Shown: positions 29,984 through 41,163 of the stretch, one piece after another
How positions within the stretch are numbered: position 1 is the stretch's first letter
Layout of the letters: every line of letters begins with the position of its first letter
Program-made: the position numbers and the translations under genes
DNA from: an uncultured delta proteobacterium
GTDB taxonomy: Bacteria > Myxococcota > UBA727 > VGSZ01
Length of the DNA: 64,000 bases
Direction of reading: 5' to 3'
Assembly: GCA_963775425.1 (NCBI GenBank)
Contig: CAVZJB010000016.1
Coordinates: forward strand, 160,001 to 224,000
The notes under the pieces: model-generated
Databases searched by the model: none
Told to the model about the DNA's origin: nothing
Seen by the model: the letters and a program-made list of their open reading frames with translations, nothing else

Positions 29984-30583
29984 ATGCACCACACCTGCGA
30001 GCACTGCGACACCCGCTACGACATCCCCGACGACAAGGTCGCCGGCCGCTTCTTGAAGGTCCGCTGCAAGCGCTGCCAGCGCACCATGCACGTCGTCGGG
30101 CTCGTCCCCGAGACCGGCGCGTGGTGGGCCGCCATCGGCGCCGCACCGCGCGGGCCGTTCTCCGAAGACGACGTGCGCTTCCTGTGCGGCGCCGGCGACA
30201 TCCACGGCCGCACCCGCATGTGGTGCCGCGGCATGCCCGGCTGGCAGCGTGTCTGCGAGTCGGAGACGCTCGCCTGGGTCTATCGCGAGGTCATCACGGC
30301 CACCGCCGAGGACGCGGGCGACCCCTTCGGCCGCGCCGCGCTCCTGTCGGACGGCCACGGCTACTTCCCCGACCCGACGCTGCAAAGCGGCATCATCCTG
30401 CTCGACGAAGAGGCCCAAAGGAGCCTCGCCGCGCTGGCCAGGAAGAGCGCCGGGCGCGACGCGCGGGGCAAGGCCGTCGGCACCCGCGCGTGGCCGTCGC
30501 TGTTCGCCCCCGCCGTCGCCGCCGTCTTCGGCGCTTTCGCCGGCGCCGCCGGCATCCTGTGGTTCATCGCGTCGCAGGTCTGA
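29984..30583 (+). CDS. Zinc-ribbon (MJ0042-type) plus GYF_2 (DUF4339) protein with C-terminal TM
   Basis: CEHC..YDIPDDKV..KVRCKRC; WW..GPFS..MWCRGMPGW; GGAGG RBS. Confidence 0.82.
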   Translation: MHHTCEHCDTRYDIPDDKVAGRFLKVRCKRCQRTMHVVGLVPETGAWWAAIGAAPRGPFSEDDVRFLCGAGDIHGRTRMWCRGMPGWQRVCESETLAWVYREVITATAEDAGDPFGRAALLSDGHGYFPDPTLQSGIILLDEEAQRSLAALARKSAGRDARGKAVGTRAWPSLFAPAVAAVFGAFAGAAGILWFIASQV

Positions 30584-30674
30584 CGCGGCTCGAGAGTTGA
30601 ACCGCAAAAACAAATGGGTCGCGAAGCGGCGGGCGTGCCGGCACTGAGCCTTTCCCGCTATGCGGATCACTTCT

Positions 30675-31331
30675 CTAGAGGCGGAGCTGGGCGGCGCCGA
30701 GGATCGCGAGCGAGCTCGGGTCCTGCAGGAGCACCACCACCGCACTGGCCTCTTCGAGCGGGGCCGTCCCCGACGTCGCCGTGGACGACAGCGTGGACGT
30801 CGTCACCGAGCGGACGGCGCGGTCATGGTGCAGCGTGCGCCCCGCGTTTTCACCGCGCGGGATGCGGTGCACCACGTCGTCAATGACGAGCGCCACCGTG
30901 AGCGCGGCGCCGGGCGCGGGCTTGTCGAGCTTCCACGACAGCGTGTCCCCGGCGCGCGACAGCTCCACGTCGACGGCGGCGGGCGCCGCGAGCGCTCGCT
31001 TCACGGCGGCGCGCGCGGCGTCGCCGTCGGAGCCGATGAGCTGCGCGCGGCCGTTCACCACCATCTGCGGGGTGTAGTCGCCGCGCGCGAGCGCCCGCGC
31101 GTAGCGGTGCTGACGCGCCGAGGCCTGCGGCGACGACAGCGGGTCCTTCCAGCCGAGCCCGTCCCAGTAATCGACGTGGAAGCCCAGGGCGATCACACGC
31201 GGATCGCGCGCCAGCTCGCTCAAGACCGCGTCGGCGGGCGGGCAGGACGAGCAGCCCTCCGAGGTGAACAGCTCGACGACGGCGACGGGGTGCGCGGCGG
31301 CCAGCGCCAGCGCGGGGAGGAGCGGAAGCAT
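30675..31331 (-). CDS. DUF1223 thioredoxin-like secreted protein
   Basis: VVELFTSEGCSSCPPAD, FHVDYWDGLGWKDP, YTPQMVVNG, RGENAGRTL. Confidence 0.9.
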   Translation of the reverse strand: MLPLLPALALAAAHPVAVVELFTSEGCSSCPPADAVLSELARDPRVIALGFHVDYWDGLGWKDPLSSPQASARQHRYARALARGDYTPQMVVNGRAQLIGSDGDAARAAVKRALAAPAAVDVELSRAGDTLSWKLDKPAPGAALTVALVIDDVVHRIPRGENAGRTLHHDRAVRSVTTSTLSSTATSGTAPLEEASAVVVLLQDPSSLAILGAAQLRL

Positions 31332-31411
31332 ATGCCCCCGTATACGAGCCGGCCGTTCGCGGTGTGACGGTCCCCGGCGACGCCGCCGCAGGGCCGTGAT
31401 AGGCCGACGGC

Positions 31412-32203
31412 ATGAAGATCGTCGTCGCCGCCGCCTGCGCCGCCCTCGTCTCCACCGCGGCCCACGCGGGGATCTACATGGAGCACGAGGCCGTCCTGCC
31501 GAACCCGGCGGACATGACCAAGTCCATCAAGCAGACCCTGCACTCCTGGCAGGAGGGCAAGCGCTACAAGCGCGAGAGCCCGCTCAAGAACGAGACCGTC
31601 ATCATCGACCTCGAAAAGGGCGAGGTGTACGGCGTCAACAGCGCCAAGAAGACCTACTGGAAGCTCTCCGCCGACAAGTATCAGCAGCTCGCGGTGGTCT
31701 CGCTCGTCGTCATGGGCGTGAAGCTCACCCCCCAGGGGCAGCCCGTCGTCCCCGATCCCATGTTCGCGCCCACCGGCCAGACCGCCACCATCGAGGGCAG
31801 GAAAGCCACCGAGCTCAAGGTGGCGGCGCCGCTGCCGCCGGGCGTGACGACGTCGATCTGGGTGAGCAAGGACGTCCCCGTGGATCCTTCGCGCCTCGTC
31901 GACATCATGCGGCTCAGCCTCGGCGACCCCAAGGGCCCCGCGTACGAGACGCTCTTTCGGCAGTGGGCGTCTTTGAAGGGCTACCCGGTGCAGAACGTCA
32001 CCCAGATCCGCACGCCGCAGGGGCTCATCACGACGTCGGAGACGCTCCTGACCTACCGCGAGATGAAGATCCCCAAGAGCGAGTTCGAAGTGCCCAAGGG
32101 CTACGCGCTCATCGAGGATCCGCTCACCGAGCTGCAGAAGCGCGCGGGGCAGATGCCCGGGGCGCCCGTCGGCATCGGCGCCCCGCTCGGCGGACAGCAC
32201 TGA
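31412..32203 (+). CDS. Secreted DUF4412-like protein
   Basis: Signal peptide; IIDLEKG..KKTYW, TGQTATIEG, IWVSKDVP, FEVPKGY. Confidence 0.7.
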   Translation: MKIVVAAACAALVSTAAHAGIYMEHEAVLPNPADMTKSIKQTLHSWQEGKRYKRESPLKNETVIIDLEKGEVYGVNSAKKTYWKLSADKYQQLAVVSLVVMGVKLTPQGQPVVPDPMFAPTGQTATIEGRKATELKVAAPLPPGVTTSIWVSKDVPVDPSRLVDIMRLSLGDPKGPAYETLFRQWASLKGYPVQNVTQIRTPQGLITTSETLLTYREMKIPKSEFEVPKGYALIEDPLTELQKRAGQMPGAPVGIGAPLGGQH

Positions 32204-32228
32204 TGCGGGCCGCGCCGGGACGCGCCGC

Positions 32229-33908
32229 GTGAGCGTGCGCACCATCGTCGTCATCGGCGGCGCCGGCGGCGGGCCGGCCGCGGCGGCGCGCGCGAGAGAG
32301 GTCGACGAGCACGCCCGCATCGTGCTCGTCGAAAAGAAGCCGCGCGTGGCGTGGGTGCACGCCGGCCTGCGCCACCACCTCGAGGGCAAGGTGCAGCGCC
32401 TGCGCGACCTCGACGACGAGCGCGCCACCTTTTTCCACGAGCGCCACCGCGTCGAGGTCCGCACCGGCACCGAGGCCGTGCGCATCGATCCCGAGAGTCA
32501 CCGCATCGCGCTGCGCGCGGTCGGCGCCGCGGCCGGCGCCGAGGCCATCCGCTACGACGCCGCCATCTTCTCGGGCGGCGCCGACATCGTCCCGCCCGAC
32601 GTCGACGGCCTCGAGGGCCCCCGCGTGATCGGCTTTCGCACCGCCGACGACCTCGCCGCCATCGAGCGGGCCGTCTCACACGGGGCCAAGCGCGCCGTCG
32701 TCCTCGGCGCCGGCCCCACCGGTGTCGACGCCGCCGCCGGGCTCGCCGCCGCCGGTCTGCACGTGGACGTCGTCGAGCGCGCGCCGCGCATCCTGCCGTC
32801 GCTGTCGGCGCTCGGGGCGCGCGCGGCGCAAAAGCACCTCGTCGCGGTGCGCGGCGTGCGCCTGCACCTCGACGACGAGGTGATCGCGGCGCGGAGCGCC
32901 GGCGGCCCCGGGCTCACGCTCGAGACGCGCGCGGGGGTGACGCTCGCCGCTGACCTCGTCGTCGTCGCCACCGGGCTCGTTCCGAGCACCGCGCTCCTCG
33001 AGGACGCGGGCGCGTCGCTCAACGCCGACGGCTCGGTGCGCACAAGCCCCGACATGCAGACCACGCTGCCCGCGGTGTTCGCGTGCGGCACCGCCGTCAG
33101 CGTGCTCCACGCCGTCACCCGCGCGCCGCTGTGGAACCCGCAGGCGGCCCTGGCGACGCGCACGTCGCAGATCGCGGGGCGCAACGCGGCGCTCGTCGAC
33201 GGCGCGCCGCGCGAGCTGTTGCCGCCGCTGGCGGGGGGCGCGCTGTACCGCGTGGGCGAGAGCCGCTTCGCGCGCACGGGGCTGTCGGAGACGGAGGCGC
33301 GGGCGTTCCTCGGCGACGACGGCGTCGTCGTCGTGACCATCCACGGCTACGCCGGCGAGCCATGGATTGGGGGAGACCCGCTGTGCGTGCGCCTCGTCGT
33401 CGACAAGAAGCGGGACGCCGTGGTCGGCGGCGAGATCTGGGGCCGCGAGGGCGTGCCCCGGCGCGTCGACGTGCTCACCGCCGCCGTGGAGGCGGGCTGG
33501 TCGCCGGCGCGGCTCTCCGACGTCGACATGGCCTACGCCCCGTCCCTGGGCCCCGCCGTCGACCCGCTGCACACGGCCGCGCGCATCGCGGCGCTCACGC
33601 TCGTCGGCGAGGCGCGGCCGGTGTCGGCGGAGGCGCTGGCGGCGCGGCTCGCCCGCGGCGAGGCGCTCCAGCTCGTGGACGTGTCGCGCACCGGCCGCGA
33701 CACCGCGTGGCCCGAGGGCACGAGGCGGATCGCCCTCGAGAGCCTGCGCGAGCACCTCGGCGAGCTGCCGCGCGACAGACCCATCGTCCTCGTCAGCCGC
33801 ACCGGGCAGCGGGCATTTCAGGCCTACCGCATCCTCGTGCAACGCGGGTTCGACCTCGTCGAGCACCTCGACGGCGGCTGGCTGTCGTTCGCCCTCATGC
33901 TCGATTGA
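32229..33908 (+). CDS. CoA-disulfide reductase-like flavoprotein with rhodanese domain; catalytic Cys residues absent
   Basis: VIGGAGGG.AAAARAR, VLGAGPTG, ARTGLSE, DMAYAP, VDV, HLDGGW. Confidence 0.85.
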   Translation: MSVRTIVVIGGAGGGPAAAARAREVDEHARIVLVEKKPRVAWVHAGLRHHLEGKVQRLRDLDDERATFFHERHRVEVRTGTEAVRIDPESHRIALRAVGAAAGAEAIRYDAAIFSGGADIVPPDVDGLEGPRVIGFRTADDLAAIERAVSHGAKRAVVLGAGPTGVDAAAGLAAAGLHVDVVERAPRILPSLSALGARAAQKHLVAVRGVRLHLDDEVIAARSAGGPGLTLETRAGVTLAADLVVVATGLVPSTALLEDAGASLNADGSVRTSPDMQTTLPAVFACGTAVSVLHAVTRAPLWNPQAALATRTSQIAGRNAALVDGAPRELLPPLAGGALYRVGESRFARTGLSETEARAFLGDDGVVVVTIHGYAGEPWIGGDPLCVRLVVDKKRDAVVGGEIWGREGVPRRVDVLTAAVEAGWSPARLSDVDMAYAPSLGPAVDPLHTAARIAALTLVGEARPVSAEALAARLARGEALQLVDVSRTGRDTAWPEGTRRIALESLREHLGELPRDRPIVLVSRTGQRAFQAYRILVQRGFDLVEHLDGGWLSFALMLD

Positions 33909-33962
33909 CCGCGCGCCGCCGCGGCCGGGAGGCACGGCGGGGCGTGTGTTAGCGTGCCCACC

Positions 33963-34508
33963 ATGCTCATGCGCACCCTGCCGTTCGCGGCCCTCCTCCT
34001 CGCCACGTCATCCGCCGCCTTTCCGCAGTTCGAGACCAAGGTCCCGAACGGGCGCTCCATCGGCTGCCTCACCTGCCACACGCACTCCGGCGGCGGCGAG
34101 GGCTGGAACGACTTCGGCCAGGAGATCCTGCGCGAGGGCGGCGCCAACCCCGACGCCAACCCCAACAACCAGAACCTCGGCTACAACGGCGAGGGCCCGC
34201 AGTGGGGCAACCTCTGCGACCTCGACAGCGACGGCGACGGCGCCAGCAACGGCACCGAGCTCGCCGACCCCGGCTGCGGCTGGGCCCCCGGCGACGCCGA
34301 CCCCAGCGGCACGGTCTCCGCCCCCGGCGACGCCGCCAGCCTCCCCGGCGACCCGGGCGACACGAACAACCCCGACAACGGCCGCGAGCCGCTGCCCGGC
34401 GACACCGGCAACGCCGACCCCGGCGGCTGCGCGTCGACCGGCGCCGGCGGGCCCGCCGCCCTCGCGCTCCTCGGTCTTGGCCTCGTCTTCGTGCGCCGCC
34501 GGCGCTGA
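33963..34508 (+). CDS. Secreted temptin-like protein with CxxCH motif and MYXO-CTERM-like tail
   Basis: FPQFETKVPNG, CLTCH, GGG..NDFG, LCDLDSDGDGASNGTELADPGCGW; tail GGC..ALALLGLGLVFVRRRR. Confidence 0.75.
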   Translation: MLMRTLPFAALLLATSSAAFPQFETKVPNGRSIGCLTCHTHSGGGEGWNDFGQEILREGGANPDANPNNQNLGYNGEGPQWGNLCDLDSDGDGASNGTELADPGCGWAPGDADPSGTVSAPGDAASLPGDPGDTNNPDNGREPLPGDTGNADPGGCASTGAGGPAALALLGLGLVFVRRRR

Positions 34509-34516
34509 ACGCGCCG

Positions 34517-35092
34517 TCAGCGCTGCGAGAGCTTGGCCAGCACCGGCATCGAGAGCACGCCGAAGGCCGACAGCGCGGCGGTGACGGCGACCATGCGCCA
34601 CAGGACGTCGTCGCCGCGCTCGAGCACGATCATGAACGTGAGCAGGCCGGCCCAGGCGTAGATGGCCGCGCGGGTGACGGCGCGGACGGGGCCGAAGCGA
34701 TCGTCGAGCGTGACGAGCAGCAGCAGCGACGCGAGGCAGGCGGCGAAGGCGTCGATGCTGGTGATGCCGAAGGCCTTCCACCACACCGTCAGGCGCGCGA
34801 TCTCCGTCCACACGCCGAGGAGCAGGAGCACGCCGGCGGCGAACGCCACGACGAGGCCCGCGCGCGCCCCCAGCGAGGTCGGCTGCCGGCGCACCACCGA
34901 GGCGCAGGCGAGCCCCATGCCGGCGTAGACAGCGACGCCGTACGACGAGACCAGCATCCGCACCTGGCGCGGCGAGAGGTCGCCGCCGAGCGCGGCAAAG
35001 ACGGAGAGCACGCAGCCGACGACGAGCAACACGAGCACGAGCCGCCACAAGACGCGCTCGAACGACGAGGAAGCCCCGTTTCCAGTCTCCAT
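34517..35092 (-). CDS. Hypothetical integral membrane protein (about 6 TM)
   Basis: Consecutive hydrophobic helices; GGGAGGGGG upstream of ATG. Confidence 0.7.
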   Translation of the reverse strand: METGNGASSSFERVLWRLVLVLLVVGCVLSVFAALGGDLSPRQVRMLVSSYGVAVYAGMGLACASVVRRQPTSLGARAGLVVAFAAGVLLLLGVWTEIARLTVWWKAFGITSIDAFAACLASLLLLVTLDDRFGPVRAVTRAAIYAWAGLLTFMIVLERGDDVLWRMVAVTAALSAFGVLSMPVLAKLSQR

Positions 35093-35118
35093 GTGCCCCC
35101 TCCCATCGCGGCGCGGAC

Positions 35119-35745
35119 TCAGCCGGAGTCCGCCTGGCTCTGGATCCACTCGTCGACGTTGCCGTCGTGGTCGCGGTCGATGCCGACGCGGTCGAGCTTG
35201 CCGCCCTCGTAGTACTCCCAGTAGTCGACCTTGCCGTCGTAATCGAGGTCCGCCTCTTCGCGCGTGAGCACGCCCTTGTCGAAGTAGCGCCACATGTCGA
35301 CCTTCTTGTCGAAGTTGGTGTCGTACTCCTTGCGAACGATGACGCCCTTTTCGAAGAACACGACGAGGTCGATGCGGCCGTCGAAGTCGTTGTCGAGGCG
35401 CTCTTCCTTCAGCTCGCCCTTGTCCGTGAGGTTGCGGATGAGGTCGATGCGACCGTCGAAGTTGACGTCGTTCTCCTTGCGCACGACGACGACTTCGTTG
35501 TCGATGACCTTGGTGAATTGATAGCTGTCGGGGCGGCCGTCGCGGTTGAGGTCGAACTCGTGCTTGTGGCAGCAAGAGGGGTCGAACGCGTCGTCGGCGA
35601 GCCGCGTGGCGCCGACGCTGCCCTCGGCGGACGCGGCGGGAGCGTCGGGCTTCTTGGCCGCGTCGTCGGTGGTGCACCCGGCGCCGAAGACGCACGCGGC
35701 GGCGGCGAGCACGCCGGAAAACATGACGATGCGGGGCGCGTTCAT
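35119..35745 (-). CDS. CglD-like lipoprotein with tandem DxNxDGxxD Ca-binding repeats
   Basis: Lipobox GAGC; DLNRDGRPD, DVNFDGRID, DNDFDGRID, DTNFDKKVD, DLDYDGKVDYWEY, DRDHDGNVD. Confidence 0.7.
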   Translation of the reverse strand: MNAPRIVMFSGVLAAAACVFGAGCTTDDAAKKPDAPAASAEGSVGATRLADDAFDPSCCHKHEFDLNRDGRPDSYQFTKVIDNEVVVVRKENDVNFDGRIDLIRNLTDKGELKEERLDNDFDGRIDLVVFFEKGVIVRKEYDTNFDKKVDMWRYFDKGVLTREEADLDYDGKVDYWEYYEGGKLDRVGIDRDHDGNVDEWIQSQADSG

Positions 35746-35800
35746 GCCGTGAATCTCGGCCTTGCCGTCGCTGCCGTCAAGCCGTACACCGAGCCGGCCC

Positions 35801-36778
35801 ATGCGCGTCTTGGTCACCGGCGGCGCCGGTTTCATCGGGTCCCACCTCGTCGATCGCTTCGTGGAGCTCGGTCACGATGTGACCGTGCTGGATGACCTCT
35901 CGTCGGGCACCCGCGACAACATCGCCGCCGCGCTGGAGCGGGGCGCGCGCCTCGTCGTCGCCGACGTGCGCACGTGCTCCGACGTCGTGAAGCACGCCGC
36001 GCCGCAGATCGTGGTGCACCACGCGGCCCAGATGGACGTGCGGAAGAGCGTGGCGGATCCCGCGTTCGACGCCGACGTCAACCTCGTCGGGCTGTGCCGC
36101 GTCATGGAGGGGGCGCGCGCCGGCGGCGCCCTCGAGCACGTGGTGCTCGCGTCGTCGGGCGGGGCCATGTACGGCGAGATCGCGCCCGACGAGCCGCCGG
36201 CCGCCGAGTCCCACGCCGTGAGGCCCGAGAGCCCGTACGGCCTCGCCAAGGCGGTGAGCGAGCAATACCTCGACTGGTACCAGCGCATGTACGGCATCAC
36301 GTCGACGTCGCTGCGCTACGGCAACGTCTATGGTCCGCGACAGAACCCGCACGGCGAGGCGGGCGTCGTCGCCATCTTCTGCGGCCGCATCCTCGAGGGA
36401 AAGACGCTCACCGTCTTCGGCGACGGCAAGCAGACCCGCGACTACGTCTACGTCGACGATGTCGTCGCCGCCAACGTGCTCGCCGTGGACAAGCGGCCGC
36501 ACGGCGGGTTCAACGTCGGCACCGGCGTGGAGACCGACGTGAACACCCTCGCCCGCACGCTCGTGGCCGCTTCGAGCGAGCCGGCTACGAGCGCGGCCGC
36601 GGGAGGGTCGCCGGTGCAACACGCCCCGGCGCGCCCCGGGGAGCAGCAGCGCAGCGTCATCGACCCGCGCGCGTACGGCACCGCCACCGGCTGGGGCGCG
36701 CGCGTCGACGTCACCGAGGGCTTGCGGCGCACGTTCGCGTGGTTCGCGGGGCGCGCCGCCAACGCCGGAGCGGGCTGA
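35801..36778 (+). CDS. NAD-dependent epimerase/dehydratase (GalE-like)
   Basis: [16 protein letters not shown] (YxxxK), [23 protein letters not shown]. Confidence 0.93.
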   Translation: MRVLVTGGAGFIGSHLVDRFVELGHDVTVLDDLSSGTRDNIAAALERGARLVVADVRTCSDVVKHAAPQIVVHHAAQMDVRKSVADPAFDADVNLVGLCRVMEGARAGGALEHVVLASSGGAMYGEIAPDEPPAAESHAVRPESPYGLAKAVSEQYLDWYQRMYGITSTSLRYGNVYGPRQNPHGEAGVVAIFCGRILEGKTLTVFGDGKQTRDYVYVDDVVAANVLAVDKRPHGGFNVGTGVETDVNTLARTLVAASSEPATSAAAGGSPVQHAPARPGEQQRSVIDPRAYGTATGWGARVDVTEGLRRTFAWFAGRAANAGAG

Positions 36779-36779
36779 C

Positions 36780-38575
<1,796 letters not shown>

Positions 38576-38576
<1 letters not shown>

Positions 38577-39835
38577 TGAAGAAGCTGCTCCACAAATGGC
38601 GGCGGATGCTGACCCCGGGGCACGGCATCGCCACGCTCGTCTTGCTCGTGATCGTGTACGAGCTGTGGGGCAAGGTCTTCGAGGAGGGCGGCACGGGGAG
38701 CAACGTCGTGCTCGGGCTGCTCGTCGCGGTCGCCGTCATCTACCTGGGCGCCACCAACCTCGGCCCGTCCGTCGACGACGCCATCCTGCCCAAGAAGAAC
38801 CGGGCGCTGCGCAAGCGCAAGCGCACCGCGTGGGAGCTCGCCGACGACGTCGAGCGCGCCATCAAGGAAGACGGCAAGAAGCGCGCAGCCAAGCGGAAGC
38901 TCACCGCGGAGATCGCGGAGAAGCTCGCGGCCGCCGTCGGCGAATTGCGCACCGCCGCCGACGGCGACAGCGTCGAACGGCTCGACAAGGCCACCACCGC
39001 CGTCGACAAGCTCGTCGAAGGCTCCTTCGGCACCGAGAAGGGCTCCGCGGCCGTCTTCGCGCAGGTGCGCAGCCTCGGGATCGCGTTCGCCATCGCGGTG
39101 GCCCTGCGCCTGTTCCTCGTGGCGCCGTTCCAGATCCCCTCGGGCTCGATGATCCCCACGCTCCTCATCGGCGACCACCTCTTCGTGTTCCGCGCCATGT
39201 ACGGGCTGCAGTCGCCGGTCGGCAAGACGCCGACGTACTGGGCGCGCTGGGCCATGCCCAAGCCGGGCGACGTCATCGTGTTCGAGGCGCCGCCGTGGGT
39301 GGGGATGAACGCGGGCGACGACTGGATCAAGCGCGTCATCGCGCTGCCCGGCCAGCGCGTGAAGCGCGTGGACACCACGGTCTACGTCGACGACAAGCCC
39401 TACACGCAGCTCGGTGACGGCAAGATGATGCGCTACATGGACTTCCGGGAGCTCGGGCCGAGCCACGGCACATGGGAGCAGCGCACGGCCACCTACCACC
39501 AGGAGGACGCGGCCGGCGTCATCCACGACACCTTCACAGACATGCCGCCGACGACGGGGAGCTGGCCGTCGCCGGGCGAGCCGCTCCCCAACCAGGAGGG
39601 GCTCACGTGCACCGACAGCGAGTGCACCGTGAAGGACGGCTTCGTGTTCGTCATGGGCGACAACCGCGACAACTCGGCCGACGGGCGCCGCTGGGGCGCC
39701 GTCCCCGTCGACAACATCAAGGGCAAGGCCCTGTTCATCTGGGTCAGCGTCGACGGCTCCGAGGAGAGCGTGCACCTCGGCAAGTTCACCCTGCCGCGCT
39801 TCCGCTGGGATCGCCTGTTCCGCTGGATCCACTGA
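38576..39835 (+). CDS. lepB: Signal peptidase I with extended N-terminal region
   Basis: IPSGSMIPTL, IKRVIALPG, MGDNRDNSADGR; TGATG coupling to lepA. Confidence 0.95.
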
Positions 39836-39853
39836 CGGGGACGAGCCCCGCGC

Positions 39854-41056
39854 CTACTCGGCGGTGGCGTTGAGGATGAGGTCGGTGGCGACGAGGCCGA
39901 CGGAGGCCGCGCCGAGGACGCCGGCGGTGGCGTACAAGACGTTGGCGGCGAGCGCCTTGCCTTCGATGCCCTGCTGGAGCGTGAAGAGCGTCTGGCTGTC
40001 GACCGGGTTGACGAAGGAATAGCTGTCCGCCTTCTGCTTCGTGTACAGGCCGAGGAAGGTGCCGACGGAGCCGTCGAAGTCGTCCTGGGCGTCGAGGCCG
40101 ACGCCGATGGCGGCGACGGCGGCGATGATCGTGGCGCCGCCCGTGACGGCGGCGACCGGCCACAGGGTGATGCGCGCGTCGACGAGGTCCGCGGTGACCT
40201 CGACGGGCGTGGCCTCCTCGACGCTCACCACGGACTTCCACTCCGCCTTGCCGCCCTTGCGCACGCGGATCTCGTGGCTGCCCGGGTCGAGCTGCACCGT
40301 GGTCTGCGCCGCGGTGGTGAGCTCCTTGCCGTCGACGATGATGGTGGCATCGCCGTCCTCGGCCGCGACCTTGATCAAGACGGGGACGCGCGGGTCGACG
40401 GCGCGGCCGGTGAGCACCAGCGACGTGAGCTGCTTGGCCGCGTAGTAGTAGAGCTCGCGGTTGGCAGGCACCTTGCGCTGCTGCTGGGCGATGCGCGAGC
40501 CGTCGCGCGCGTTCACCGCGAGGATCGTGATGAGGTAGTCGTCGCCGACCTTGGCGACGGAGCCGCCGAGGATGATGGACGCCTCGACGGTCTTGCCGAT
40601 GTCCGTCATGCAGCCCTCGGACTCGCAGCCGAGCATCGCCTGGTTGGACGCGGCGTCGAGGACGAGCTTGATCTGCGTGGCGGTGACGGTCTCGCCGAGG
40701 TGGCTCTGGACGGCCTGGCCTTGCACGGCCTGCGTGATGGCGTTCGTGACCTCGGGGCCCGCGCCCTTGTCGACGAGGTCCATGGCGAGGAGGCGCGGCT
40801 TGGTCGGCGGCGGCAGCGGCGACTTCTTCTCGGGCGCGGCGGGCGCGGCGGCGTCGGCGGGCGCGGCGGCGTCGGCGGGCGCGGCGCCGTCGGCGAGCGG
40901 GGCGGCGGCGGCAGCGCCGTCGGCGGGCGGGGTGGCGGCGGCAGCGCCGTCGGCCGGTGGCGTCGTCGTCGCGGCGGCCGGCGCGGCGGGCGCAGCGTCA
41001 CCGGCGGCGGGCGGGGTGGCGGAGACGGCGAGGGCGACCAGGGCGAGGTGCAGCAT
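39854..41056 (-). CDS. Secreted PEGA-domain protein
   Basis: Signal peptide, Ala/Pro linker, GCESEGC motif, ATIIVDGK..LDPGSHEIRVRKGG, hydrophobic C-terminus. Confidence 0.75.
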   Translation of the reverse strand: MLHLALVALAVSATPPAAGDAAPAAPAAATTTPPADGAAAATPPADGAAAAAPLADGAAPADAAAPADAAAPAAPEKKSPLPPPTKPRLLAMDLVDKGAGPEVTNAITQAVQGQAVQSHLGETVTATQIKLVLDAASNQAMLGCESEGCMTDIGKTVEASIILGGSVAKVGDDYLITILAVNARDGSRIAQQQRKVPANRELYYYAAKQLTSLVLTGRAVDPRVPVLIKVAAEDGDATIIVDGKELTTAAQTTVQLDPGSHEIRVRKGGKAEWKSVVSVEEATPVEVTADLVDARITLWPVAAVTGGATIIAAVAAIGVGLDAQDDFDGSVGTFLGLYTKQKADSYSFVNPVDSQTLFTLQQGIEGKALAANVLYATAGVLGAASVGLVATDLILNATAE

Positions 41057-41163
41057 GGCCGACACAATCGCGCCAATCGGGGGTCGACGACAAGGGGCGA
41101 ACGCTTTCCGCGTCAGGCGAGGCGCTTGTCGGCGGCGCCGGAGCGGTTGCATGCTGTCGTGAC

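Noticed and set aside
30592-30602. 11-bp identity (GAGAGTTGAAC) with the tRNA-Met T arm at 58448-58458
   Set aside because: No T-stem or cloverleaf forms at 30.6 kb; too short to call an att site
30603-30650. GGGTCGCGAAGC resembling part of a c-di-GMP-I riboswitch
   Set aside because: No GNRA-capped P2 stem, and the site lies between convergent gene ends rather than in a 5' leader
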